The position numbers were made by a program, and so were the translations under genes. 64,000 bases of DNA from Mobula hypostoma. Its lineage: Eukaryota. Of this stretch, positions 25,885 to 38,094 are shown in pieces. The notes below the pieces were generated by a model. The model searched no databases and had not been told where the DNA came from. It saw only the letters and a program-made list of their open reading frames with translations. The number at the start of each line of letters is the position of its first letter. Position 1 is the first letter of the stretch. The stretch covers positions 93,188,001 through 93,252,000 of the forward strand of contig NC_086108.1 of assembly GCF_963921235.1 (NCBI RefSeq), written 5' to 3'.

Positions 25885-26662
25885 ACTGTTAAGGGGAGAG
25901 CTTTGCCTATGATGGACTGGGCCTTATCCACTAATTCTGTAGGATTTTCCATTCAGGGGCATTGGTGTTTCCATAGCAGGCTGTGATGCAGCCAGTCAAT
26001 ATACTCTCCACCGCACATCTATAGAAGTTTGTCCAAAGTTTTAAATGTCATGCCAAATCTTCTAAGGAAGTAGAGACACTGTCATGCTTTCTTTGTAATT
26101 GCACTTACATGCTGGGCCCAGGACGGGTCCTCTGAAATAATAACACTGAGGCATTTAAAGTTGCTGACCGTCTCCACCTCTGATTCCCTGATGAGGACTG
26201 GCTCATGGACCTCTGGTTTCCACCTCCTGAAGTCAATAATCAGCTCCTCAGTCTTGGTAACATTGAGTAAGAGGTCGTCGCTATGGCACCACTCAAATGG
26301 ATTTTCAGTCTCCCTCTTATGTGCTGATTCTTCACCACCTTCGATTCAGTGTATGGCAGCGGTATCATCAGCAAACTTGAATATGGCACTGCAGCTATGC
26401 TTCATCAGTCATAAGTGTAAAATAAAATAATGATTAGAGCAGGGGGCTAAGCGCACAGCCTTGAGGTGCACCTGTGCTGATGGAGATTGTGAAGGAGATA
26501 TTGTTGCCAATCTGAATTGCAAGTGTGAAAATTAAGGATCCAATTGCACAATGAGGTATTGAGGCTAAGGCCTTGAAGATTACTGATTAGTTTTGAGGGA
26601 ACGATGGTATTAAATGCTAAGTTGTTGTCGATAAAGAGCATCCTGATGTATGCATTCTTTGT
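25885..26662 (-). mobile_element. Rex1/Babar-like RT fragment
   Basis: [50 protein letters not shown]. Confidence 0.8.
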
Positions 26663-26664
26663 TT

Positions 26665-27298
26665 GCATCGACGCAGACTGGGAGATCGTTTCGCTGAACA
26701 CCTACGCTCTGTCCGCCAGAGAAAGCAGGATCTCCCAGTGGCCACAAATTTTAATTCCACATCCCATTCCCATTCTGATATGTCTATCCACAGCCTCCTC
26801 TACTGTCAAGATGAAGCCACACTCAGGTTGGAGGAACAACTCCTTATATTCCATCTGGGTAGCCTCCAACCTGATGGCATGAGCATTGACTTCTCAAACT
26901 TCCGCTAATGCCCCACCTCCCCCTCGTACCCCATCTGTTATTTATTTATATACACACACATTCTTTTTCTCTTTCCTTTTTCTCCCTCTGTCCCTCTCAC
27001 TATACCCCTTGCCCATCCTCTGGGTTCCCCCCCCCCTTTTTTCTTTCTCCCTAGCCTTCTGTCACATGATCTTCGCGTATCCCTTTTGCCAAACAACTGT
27101 CCAGCTCTTGGCTCCATCCCTCCCCCTCCTGTCTTCTCCTATCATTTCGGATATCCCCCTCCCCTTCCCACTTTCAAATCTCTTACTAGCTCTTCTTTCA
27201 GTTAGTCCTGACGAAGGGTCTCGGCCCGAAACGTCGACTGTACCTCTTCCTAGAGATGCTGCCTGGCCTGCTGCGTTCACCAGCAACTTTGATGTGTG
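26665..27298 (+). mobile_element. Penelope-like element, 5'-truncated
   Basis: [40 protein letters not shown]; 3' repeat nearly identical to 46120-46750. Confidence 0.92.
27203..27240 (+). ncRNA. Minimal type I hammerhead ribozyme motif in the PLE 3' repeat
   Basis: TAGTC-CTGACGA-A-GGGT(CTCG)GCCC-GAAAC-GTC-GACTG: both catalytic boxes, stem I TAGTC/GACTG, stem II hairpin and GUC triplet; stem III has no loop. Confidence 0.75.
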
Positions 27299-27304
27299 TA
27301 AGTT

Positions 27305-30300
27305 GTGATAGTAGGTGATTTTATCTTTCTACATATTGACTGGGACCCCCATACTGTAAAAGAACTGGATGGTAACGAGTTTGTCAAACATGTTCAGGAA
27401 AGTTCCCTTAATCAGTACATAGAAGTCCCAACTAGAGAGAGTAGAATACCAGATCTTTCTCTTCGTGATTAAGACAGGGCAGGTGACAGAAGGTTGTACA
27501 GGAGAACATTTACTATCTAGTGACCATAAAGCAATTATTTTCAAGCTAATTATGGAAAAGTATAGAGCTTGTCCTCATGTTGAGATTCTAAATTGGAGAA
27601 AGGCCAATTTTGATGGTATCAAAAAGGATCTGGCAAATGTGGACTGGGACAGTTTGTTTTCCAGCAAAGGTATACTTGGTAAGTGGAAGGCATTCAGAAG
27701 TGAAATTTTGGGAGCCCAGAGTTTGTATGTTCCTGTCAGAATAAAAGGCGTCATAGCAGGTTTATGGAACCCTGGTTTTCAAGAGATTTTGAAGCTCTGG
27801 TTAAGAAAACGAAGAAGGTATATACCAGGTAAAGGCAGGTAGGAACAAATGAGGTACTTGATGAGTATAAGAAGTGCAAGAGAACACTTAAGAAGGAAAT
27901 CAGGAGTGTTAAAAGAAGGCATAAGGTTCTTCTAGCAGACAAGGTGAAGGGAAGTCCTTATATAATCTATAGATATATTAAAAGCAAAAGGATAGCATGG
28001 GACAAAATTGGTGCTCTGGAGGAGCAGGGTGGTCATTTATGCGTGGGAGATGGGGGAGATCTTAAATGGATTTTTGGCATCTGTATTTACTTAGGAGATG
28101 AACTTAGAGTCTGTAAAAATGAGGCAAAGCAGCAGCGAGATCATGGACCCAATACAGATTAGAGGAGGAGGCACTGATTGTCTTGAGACAAATTAAGGCA
28201 GATAAATCCTCAGAACCTGTAATGATGTTCCTCAGACCTTGTGAAAGACTAGTGCAGAAATTGCAAGGGCCCTAGCAGAGATATTTAAAACATCCTTAGC
28301 TATGGGTGAGGTGCTGGAGGATTGGAGGTTAGCTAATGTTGCTCCGTTGTTTAAGAAAGGCTCTGAAAATAAACCAGGGAATTATAGGCTGGTGAGCCTG
28401 ACATTAGCAGTGGGAAAGTTATTGGAAGGTACTCTATGGGATCAGATATATGGGTATTTGGATAGACAGGAAATAAACAATAGACAATAGGTGCAGGAGT
28501 AGGCCATTCGGCCCTTCGAGCCAGCATCGCCATTCACTGTGATCATGGCTGATCATCCACAATCAGTACCCTGTTCCTGCCTTCTCCCAATATCCCTTGA
28601 CTCCGCTATCTTTAAGAGCCCTATCTAACGCTTTCTTGAAAGAATCCAGAGAATTGGCCTCCACTGCCTTCTAAGGCAGAGCATTCCACAGATCCACAAC
28701 CCTCTGTGTGAAAAAGTTTTTCCTCAACTCCGTTCTAAATGGTCTACCCCTTATTCTTAAACTGTGGCCTCTGGTTCTGGACTCACCCAACATCGGGAAC
28801 ATGTTTCCTGCCTCTAGCGTGTCCAATCCCTTAATAATCTTATATTTTTAATTAGATCCCCTCTCATCCTTCTAAATTCCAGTGTATACAAGCCAAGTCG
28901 CTCCAATCTTTCAACATATGACATTCCTGCCATCCCTGGAATTAACCCAGTGAACCTACGCTGCACTCCCTCCATAGCAAGAATGTCCTTCCTCAAATTT
29001 GGAGACCAAAGCTGCACACAATACTCCAGGTGTGGTCTCACCAGGGCCTTGTACAACTGCAGAAGGACCTTTTTGCTCCTATACTCAACTCCTCTTGTTA
29101 TGAAGGCCAACATGCCATTAGCTTTCTTTACTGCCTGCTGTACCTGCATGCTTACTTTCAGTGACAGTTGAACAAGGACAGCTAGATCTCGTTGTACTTC
29201 CCCTTTTCCTAACTTGATTATGATTAGGGATAGTCAACATGGCTTTCTGCATGGTACTTGACGTAATAATTCTAGAGTTTTTCGAGGAAGTTCCCAAGAT
29301 AGGTCATGTCGAACTAATTCTATAGAATTTTTTGAGGAAGTTCCCAAGAAAGCTGATGAAGCCAAGGCAGTGAATGCTGTCTATGTGGACTTTAGCAAGT
29401 CCTTTGACAAGATCCGTATGGGAGGATGGTCAAGAAATTTCAGTCACTAAGCATTCCAGATGAGGTAGTAAATTGGATTACATATTGACTTTGTGGAAGA
29501 AGATAGAGAGTGGTAGTAGATGGTTGCCTCTCAGACTGGACACTTGTGGCTAATTGTGTGCTGTAGGGATCGGTGCTGGGTCTGTTGTTGTTTGTCATCT
29601 ATATCAACGATCTGGATGATAACATAGTAAACTGGATCAGCAAGTTATTGAATGGCACAAAGAGAGGGGGTGTAGTGGACAGCAAGGACGGCTATCAGAG
29701 TTTGCAGCAGAATCTGGACCAACTGGAAAAATGGGCTAAAAATGCCAGATGAAATTTAATGCAGATGTGTGTGAGGTATTGCACTTTAGGAGGATCAACC
29801 AGAGCAGGTCTTAAATGGTAAGTGGTAGGGCACTGAGGAGTGTGGTAGAAGAGAGGAATCTGGGAATATAGATCCATAATTCATTGAAAGTGGCATCACA
29901 GATAGGTAGGGTCATAAATAAAATTTTTGGCACATTGGCCTTCATTGAGTACAGGAGATGGGATGTTATGTTGAAATGGTATAAGATTTTAATAGGCCTA
30001 ATTTGGAGTATTGTATGCAGTTTTGGTCACCTACCTACAGGAAAGATGTAAATAAGATTGAAAGAGGGCAGAGAAAATTTATAAGGATGTTGCCGGGACT
30101 TGAGGACCCCAGTTATTGGGAAGGATCGAATAGGCTAGAACTTTATTCCCTCAAATGCAGAAGATTGAGGGGAGATTTGATAGAGATATACAAAATTATG
30201 AGAGTTTTAAATAGGGTGAATGCAGGTTGGCTTTTTTCCATTGAGGTTTGATGAGACGACAACTAGAGGTCATGGTTAAAGGTGAAAGGTGAAATGTTTA

Positions 30301-30555
30301 AGGGGAACATGAGTGGTAACTTCTTCAGTCAGAGAGTGTAAGCGTGTGGAACGAGCTGCCAGAGTGAGTGGTGGATGCGGGTTTGATTTCAACATGTAAG
30401 AGAAATTTGGATAGGTACAAGGATGGGCGGGATACAGAGGGCTGTGATCCCAGTGCAGGTTGATAGGACCAGGAAGATTAATCATTTGGCACAGACTAGA
30501 TGGGCCAAAGGGCCTGTTTATGTGCTGTAGTGTTCCAGTTCTCTATGACTATGAC
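27305..30555 (+). mobile_element. Decayed CR1 LINE interrupted by a younger CR1
   Basis: SDHKAI, LNWRKANFDGI, NYRLVSLT, EYCMQFWSP; tail at about 30540. Confidence 0.9.
28473..29218 (-). mobile_element. CR1 LINE 3' fragment nested in CR1
   Basis: QVQQAVKKANGMLAFITRG..LVRPHLEYCV; ACAATAG-type tail. Confidence 0.92.
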
Positions 30556-31346
30556 ATGTCAGTGATAACAAATCTGATTCTGATTCCGAGAGTCAACATA
30601 AAAAGGACAGCAACATAAAAAGTTCTTCAGCATCATCCACAGAAGAGTCAAGAGTAACATGGAAGAACAAACATTATAATGTGCCTTTCACATCCTCAGC
30701 AAACCAGAAACACCGGATCAATTGATGATTTACACTCCTGGTGTGAGGTCTTTACACTGGCTGGAATGGTAAGGTAGGAATTGTAGCAGATAATTTGCCA
30801 CAACTCCTGACCTGAAAGGTCCCATAATGGAAATGTGATCACATGCAGATATCTACTTACTACTTCTAGATATTGGCCAGGATTCTGGTACCTTTCTTGA
30901 GATGGTACCATGGGAGCTCAGTAATGCACTGAATTGTCAAGCAAGATAATGTGACCAAGTTTCAATAACAGGGACAAAACCCTGCAACTTGTGTCTGAAA
31001 ACCAAGAGCATCAACAATGAGCCAAGTGGTGCACGTAGGGGACTGAGAGGAATATGCTACTGAGCTGGGCAGTGTCTGAAAAGACCTGTTATAAAGTTTC
31101 TCAATGCAAGCTCCTTATAATCAGAATCCTTAGAACAAAATGGCAGAAAAATTAGTGTATCTTCATTCCTTGCAGAGATGCTCAACATTATGCTTTCTGA
31201 TTTAATTTCACTACTTTAAGGCCATCTTTACCTTTTATTTCTAAAGTCATAGATTTAACTTACAAGTACTTGAGTAAGTATATAAGATTTAATAACTTTG
31301 CTTACTGAGGTGTCAGAAGTGATTAAACAGTAAGTATTATACAGCC

Positions 31347-32516
31347 CAGGGGTCCCCAACCCTTTTTGCACTGCGGACCGGTTTCATATAGACAATATTC
31401 TTGTGGACCGGCCGACCGGGGCGGGGGGGGGGTGGTGGAGTCAAATACATTGTTTACCACAAAAGACTACAATGACTATGAAGCCTTGCGCGGGCACAAG
31501 TGCGCATGCGTGATTTGCGCATGCATGTACGTGCCAATTTTTTTTATAAATCGATTCTGTGCAGGGGTGGGGGTGGTGTTAATCACGACCGGAATATAGG
31601 TGATAAGTGGCTAATACACTCAATTTTGTTTCTAAAAGGGTTTATCTAACGAATTTAATATTAAACACTCAATGCATATTTTCCTCGCATGATTACAGTG
31701 TAGCGATAAGTCAATTATCAGGGGAGGACAGGGGAGCATGAAGTAAGTGTTGAACGAATTTCCAGTAGAAGTGGTAGAGGCAGGTTCAATATTATCATTT
31801 AAAGAAAAAATGGATAGGTATATGGACAGGAAAGGAATGGAGAGTTATGGGCTGAGTGCAGGTCGGTGGGACTAGGTGAGAGTAGCGTTCGGCACGGACT
31901 AGAAGGGCCGAGATGGCCTGTTTCCATGCTGTAATTGTTATATGGTTATATAAGTCAATAGCATCATAACATTTTAGGTAACGTTTGGATATTAAACACA
32001 CAGCACATATTTTCCCCGTATGAACATATAAAATCATTGCAACACACCAATATCGCTGAATCAGTGGGAGCCCTGGGCTTGTTTTCCTGCAACAAGACAG
32101 TGCCATCGAGGGGTGATGGGAGACAGTGATACTCGAACGGGGTTCCTTATGTCCAGTTTATTCTGCAATTTGTTTTTCGTTGCATTCATTGCAGAGATAT
32201 GTTGGAAATGGAAGCAACGTTTTCAGTGTTTTCCTGGCTATCTTAGGATATTTAGCCTTGACTTTGATCCAGGATGCTGGCAGAGATATTATGTCAAACA
32301 TACTTTCCAGCCCGCTGTCATTTGCAAGCTCGAGGAGTTGATCTCCCTCCTGCGCTGACATGGATGACGCGCGGGTAATGACATCAGGTGCGTTGAAGCT
32401 CAACGGTGAGCATGACAGGGAATGAGGAAAGGTGCAGCTGACTCTTATCGCCAAATCATATCGTTTCCTCGGGCCCGGTAGCGAATGCTATGCGGCCCAT
32501 TGGTTGGGGACCGCTG
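31347..32516 (-). mobile_element. Non-autonomous hAT/Charlie DNA transposon
   Basis: TIRs CAGGGGTCCCCAACC / GGTTGGGGACCGCTG; 8-bp TSD ATACAGCC (31339-31346) / ATATAGCC (32517-32524); transposase C-terminus LLPFPTYLC..KLDIRNPVRVSLSPITPR..KQAQGSH. Confidence 0.9.
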
Positions 32517-33394
32517 ATATAGCCGGTCTTGCGGAAGGGTTTTGGCCCGAACCATTGACTGTACCCTTTTCCTAGATGCTGTCTGACCTGCTGAGTTCCT
32601 CCAGCATTTTGTGTGTGTTGCCAGTATTATTTAGCTCCTGGCTAGAATTGCTGTGGTCTCAATCATCACCATTGTACTGCTATTTGGGATATCTGAGGCT
32701 TGCCAGGTATTTCAGTCAAACCGTATGCTCAGTTCAGGGAGGTAGGAATACACCCTTTTGCTGCTTGGCACAGATTTCAGCTCTAAGAACACCACACACC
32801 TCCTACAGAATGAGCTGAGTTCCGAACTCTACAGGAAATTCCAAATGCCAAAATCCTAGGGGGTAAGTATGAACTAAAATATCAGAAGATGATGAATCCG
32901 CCAGTAGATTACGTGGGACACGGCACAGTCACAGTAGTCCGATGAGGAATTCAAATGTACTTGAATGCGCTTGTAACTCAAATTCCCTGAAATGGGAATT
33001 GAGCTCATAGAGTCATAGAGAGATGGAGCATGGAAACAGAGCCTTCATGCATAGAGACCACTCCAATCTTCAAGCACTTAGTTATGGTTATCCTACCCTA
33101 ATCTCATTTTATTCTCTCCACATTGCTACCAACTCAGTTACACACTAAGGACAACTTATGGTGAGGGGGACTGACTACCCTGCATGTCGTTGGGATGTAG
33201 GAGGAAACAGGAGCCCTGGAGGAAGACCATATGGTCACAGGGAGAATATATGGTACAAACACCACACAGACTGCACTAAAGTTCAGGACTGATGCCATCA
33301 TTGAAACTGCAAGTTAGTGGCTCTATCAAACGCACCGCCGTGCCAACCAAAACATTTTTCCCAATTACTTCTTCCAACATATTTACTAGTTGAG

Positions 33395-33770
33395 TATATC
33401 CCATCACCACCTTCTGGTGCTCCTCCCCCTTCCCTTTCTTCCGTAGTCTTCTGTCCTCTTCTATCAGATCCCCTCTTCTCTAGCCCTTCATGTCTTTCAC
33501 CAATCAACTTCCCAGCTTTTTACTTCAGCCCCCCCCCAGTTTCACTTCTCACCTGTCACCTTGTACTTCTTCCTCCTCTCCCCCCAACTTCTTAATCTGA
33601 CTTCTCCCCTTCCTCTCCAGTCCTGATGAGGGGTCTCGGCCCAAAGCATTGATTGTTTATTCTTTTCCGTAGATGTTGCCTGACCATGCTTATGAGCTCC
33701 TCCAGCATTTTGTGTGTGTTGCTTTGGATTTCCAGATTTGGATCTGCAGATTTTCTCATGCGTATGTCTT
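33395..33770 (+). mobile_element. Penelope-like 3' fragment
   Basis: Pyrimidine tract, CAGTCCTGATGAGGGGTCTCGGCCC, ATCTGCAGA terminus. Confidence 0.75.
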
Positions 33771-34391
33771 TAGACCAAGTTGGAATTTTCATGGGGGACT
33801 CTGTCGTATTCTCTTAACCCAGTTGCACTGGGTTCAGTTTTTGCCTTGATTACCGGTGCAAACATATTAGGCCAATGACTGTTTGGGGGTCAAATTCGAG
33901 CAGATGTAACCTGAATCAATGGGTATATTTAAAGCAGAGGTTGACACGTTGTTGATAAGTAAGGGTCAAAGATTACAGGGAGAAGGCAGGAGCTTGGTGT
34001 TGAGAGGAAAAATAAATCAGCCATGATTGAAAGGTAAAATAGACTTGATGGGCCAAATTGTCTTATTCTGCTTCTACGTCCATGAATGCCATGGTCCCAA
34101 GTTGGGCAATGCCCTTGTCTCGGACTCTAAATAGGTTTTATAATATAACCCAAGTGAAGAGCAAAAAATAATCAGTTTGCTTGAAAACATAGTAGAAAGA
34201 CAAGTCAAAGTAAATTTATTATCAAGGTACCTACATGTTACCATGCACTACCTTGAGATTCATTTTCTTGCAGGTATTTACAGGAAAATAAAGGAATACA
34301 ATGGACATTGTGAAAACTTTACATATATAAAGACTGGCAACCAACCAATGTGCAAAAGGAGACAAATTGTGGAAATTTTACATATAAAGAA

Positions 34392-35765
34392 AGAACCAGT
34401 CACCATCACAGCAGTAGAAGTCCAGCAATGGGTAGCATGTATGAAGAACTGTATATTTTCAGGGCCTGGCATGATTCGCACCTATTGGCTGAAGAAAATA
34501 ACAGCATTACATGCATGGCCGGCAGTTCAAATGAGCCAGCAGGCGCATGGAAGCCACGATGAGGACACAAGGAAGGCTGCCACATCCAAGTACCTCCAAA
34601 GAGTGAGACAGGTCTTAGAAAAGCCAGCTGAACAGGAAGAACAAAATCAGAGCATTCACCCTACCAGTCATCAGGTACCCAACTGCAATAGTGTGCTGGC
34701 CAAGGAACGACCTGGAAATCGTTGACATCAAGACTGGGAAACTACTAATAACACATGGAAGATCCCACGCAAAGTCCAACGTCGAGCAACTGTACACCCA
34801 CCGGAATAAAAGATTACAGGGATTTGGAAGTGTCAAGGCCACAGTCCTGGAAGAAATGCAAAACATCCATCAGTATGTCAGGAGGCTGGCCCCTGAAGAT
34901 GACCTGCTAGGAGAATACCTCAGGCAGCAGGCAGGGGATATGGAAATGGAAGTGGGTGAAGCAGAGCCAGAGGACCAGAGGCCATGGCAGGACAGGCCAC
35001 TGCACGGGAGGTACCATCATGTACCAAAATGGCAGGGTGGAGGGAAAGCACAAAGATGTTGCTCATTGCTGCAGAAGAACAGGTGCTGAGCGTAACAGCA
35101 ATAGAAGCAAGAGTCCATCACACCAGACAAGACCCGAAATACAGACTGTGCAAGGAATCTGCTGAAACCATCTAGCACATAGTAGCAGGAAGCAAGATCC
35201 AGGCAGGGACAGCATACACTGAAAAGCACAACCAAGTTGCAGAAATTGTGTACAGGAACATCTGTGCTGGTTATGGGTTGGACACTCCCAAGCCCAAATG
35301 GGAAACACACAAGGTAGTGCAGAATGACAGAACTAAAATTCTGTGGGACTTCCAAATACAGACTGATAAGCAGGTACTGGCCAACCAGCCAGACATAGTA
35401 ATACTGGACAAGGAACAGAAGAAAGTGATAATAATAGATGTGGCAATACCGAATGACAGTAGCATCAGGAAGAAAGAATATGAGAAGCTGGAGAAATACC
35501 AGGGCTTGAAAGAGCAGATAGAAAGGATGTGGAACATTAAAGCCAGAGTAATCCTGATGGTGATAGGAGCACTTGGAGCTGTGACACCTGGACTGGGAGA
35601 GTGGCTCCAACAAATCCCGGGAACAACATCTGAGATCTCGTTCCAGAAGAGAGCATTACTAGGATCAGGAAGGATACTGTGCCAAACCCTCAAGCTGCCA
35701 GGCCTCTGGCAAAGGACCCGAGATTCAGGGAAAAATACACACACTCACCACCCATAAAGGGTGAG
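34392..35765 (+). mobile_element. R4/Dong-like non-LTR retrotransposon with restriction-like endonuclease, internally deleted
   Basis: GPGMIRTYWLKK; YRLCKESAETI.HIVAG CCHC remnant; KHNQVA; ILWDFQIQTD..NQPDIVILDK..IIIDVAIP..KLEKY (PD..D nuclease); RT core absent. Confidence 0.85.
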
Positions 35766-35779
35766 AAAAACTATATATA

Positions 35780-38024
35780 TAGTGGTGTGCAAAAGTTTGG
35801 GCACCCCCTGTCAAAATTTGTTACTGTGAATAGTTAAGTAAGTAGAAGATGAACTGATCTCCAAAAGTCGTTAAGTTAAAGATGAAACATTCTTTTCAAC
35901 ATTTTAAGCAAGTTTAGTGTATTATTTTTGTTTTGTATAATTTTAGAGTGAAAAAAAGGAAAGGAGCACCATTCAAAAGTTTGGGCACCCCAAGAGATTT
36001 GAGCTCTCAGATAACTTTTACCAAGGTCTCAGATCTTAATTAGCTTGGTAGGGATATGGCTTGTTCACAGTCATTGTTAGGAAAGGCCAGGTGATGCAAA
36101 TTTCAAAGCTTTATAAGTACCCTGACTCCTCAAATCTTGTCCCAACAATCAGCAGCCATGGGCTCCTCTAAGCAACTGCCTAGCATTCTGAAAATTAAAA
36201 TAAATGATGCCCACAAAGCAGAAGGCAATAAGAAGATAGCAAAGTGTTTTCAGGTAGCCGTTTCCTCAGTTTTTTAGATTATGAAGACATGCAGTCCTCT
36301 TTTATTGTCATTTAGTAATGCATGCATTAAGAAATGATACAATATTTCCTCCGGTGTGATATCACAAAACACAGGACAGACCAAGACTAAAAAAACTAAC
36401 AAAACCACATAATTATAACATATAGTTACAACAGTGTAACAATACCATAACTTGATGAAGAAGTCCATGAGCACAGTAAAAGTTCGAAGTCTCTCAAATG
36501 TCCCACATCTCACGCAGACGGGAGAAGGAAGAACTCTCCCTGTCATGCTGACCATAGTCCGACTCTGAGCCATCTGAAAACTTCGAGCTCTGATCAGCTC
36601 TCCGACACCGAGTACTGAGCGCCATCTCTGTCCAAACGACTCGACCTTAATCTCGGTCGCCAACAGCAGGCAAAGCCGGGGATTTTGAGACCTACCCTCC
36701 GAAAGATTCCCGACCATGCAGTAACAACAGCAGCGAACAAGTGTTTCAGAAATTTCTCCAGATGTTCCTCTGTGCTTTCACGTCCATCTCCGTCAAATCA
36801 GAATTGTCCACGGCCCCTATTTAATGGGTACGATATCATTTTTCACCAGAGGGCTGCGCACGCGCGGTGCGCTGCTCTCTCTCTTCCCGCCGTTAAAGTT
36901 GGTATGTAATTAAGAAATGGCAGTTAACAGGAACAGTGGAGGTCAAGTTGAGGTCTGGAAGACCAAGAAAACTTTCCAAGACAACTGCTCATAGGATTGC
37001 CAGAAGGGCAAATCAAAACCCCCGTCTGACTGCAAAAGACCTTCGGGAAGATTTAGCAGACTCTGGAGTGGTGGTGCACTGTTCTACTGTGCAGCAACAC
37101 CTGCATAAATATGACCTTCATGGAAGAGTCATCAGAAGAAAACCTTTCCTGTGTCCTCAGCACAAAATTCAGCGTCAGAAGTTTGCAAAGGAACATCTAA
37201 ACAAGGCTGATGCATTGTGGAAACAAGTCCTGTGGACTGATTAAGTTAAAACAGAACTTTTTGGCTGCAACGAGCAAAGGTATGTTTGGAGAAAAAAGGG
37301 TGCAGAATTTCATGAAAAGAACACCTCTTCAATTGTTAAGCACGGGGGTGGATCGATTATGCTTTGGGCTTGTGTTGCAGCCAGTGGCACGGGGAACATT
37401 TCACTGGTAGAGGGAAGAATGAAATCAATTAAATACCAGCAAATTCTGGAAGCAAACATCACACCATCTGTAAAAAAGCTGAAGATGAAAAGAGGATGGC
37501 TTCTACAACAAGATAATGATCCTAAAAACACCTCAAAATCCACAATGGGCTACCTCAAGAGGCGCAAACTGAAGGTTTTGCCATGGCCCTCACAGTCCCC
37601 TGACCTAAACATCATCAAAAATCTGTAGATAGACCTCAAAAGAGCAGTGCATGCAAGACGGCCCAAGAATCTCACAGAGCTAGAAGCCTTTTGCAAGGAA
37701 GAATGGGCAAAAATCCCCCAAGCAAGAATTGAAGACTTTTAGATGGCTACAAAAAGCATTTACAAGCTGTGATACTTGCCAAAGGGGGTATTACTAAGTA
37801 CTGACCATGCAGGGTGCCCAAACTTTTGCTTCGGGCCCTTTTCCTTTTTTGTTATTTTGAAACTGTAAAAGACAGAAATAAAAAAGTAATCTTGCTTAAA
37901 ATATTAAAGAAATGTGTCATCTTTCACCTTTTGCCTTTTGGAAATCAGGTCATCTTTTACTCACTTAGCTATTCACAGTAACAGAAATTTTGACCAGAGG
38001 TGCCCAAACTTCAGCATGCCACTG
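35780..38024 (+). mobile_element. Tc1-family IR/DR transposon with defective transposase
   Basis: About 210-bp imperfect TIRs with inner and outer AAAAGTTTGGGCACCC repeats; transposase from ATG 36158 to TKY-stop 37804 with GRPRK, VLWTD, QQDNDPK and SPDLNII motifs; stops plus an insertion. Confidence 0.95.
36273..36900 (-). mobile_element. Unclassified non-coding retroposon inserted in the Tc1 transposase
   Basis: Splits the transposase frame; CpG-rich head and an AATAAA..ATAATCTAAAA tail on the minus strand. Confidence 0.65.
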
Positions 38025-38094
38025 TGTGTGTATGTGTATATATACATATATATTAGATATATATATATAGATATAGAGAAAGCGAGAGAGAGAA
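38025..38094. repeat. Compound (TG)/(TA)/(GA) microsatellite
   Basis: Directly visible next to the Tc1 right end. Confidence 0.9.

Noticed and set aside
32635..32860. Hydrophobic exon-like stretch (LLARIAVVSIITIVLLFGISEACQ) and a strong donor at 32853
   Set aside because: The acceptor overlaps a PLE tail, and the segment before the strong donor has stops; compatible with chance.
35248..35757. PD-(D/E)xK nuclease as a restriction or defence system (also 58194-58547)
   Set aside because: Context shows these are C-terminal endonucleases of non-LTR retrotransposons.
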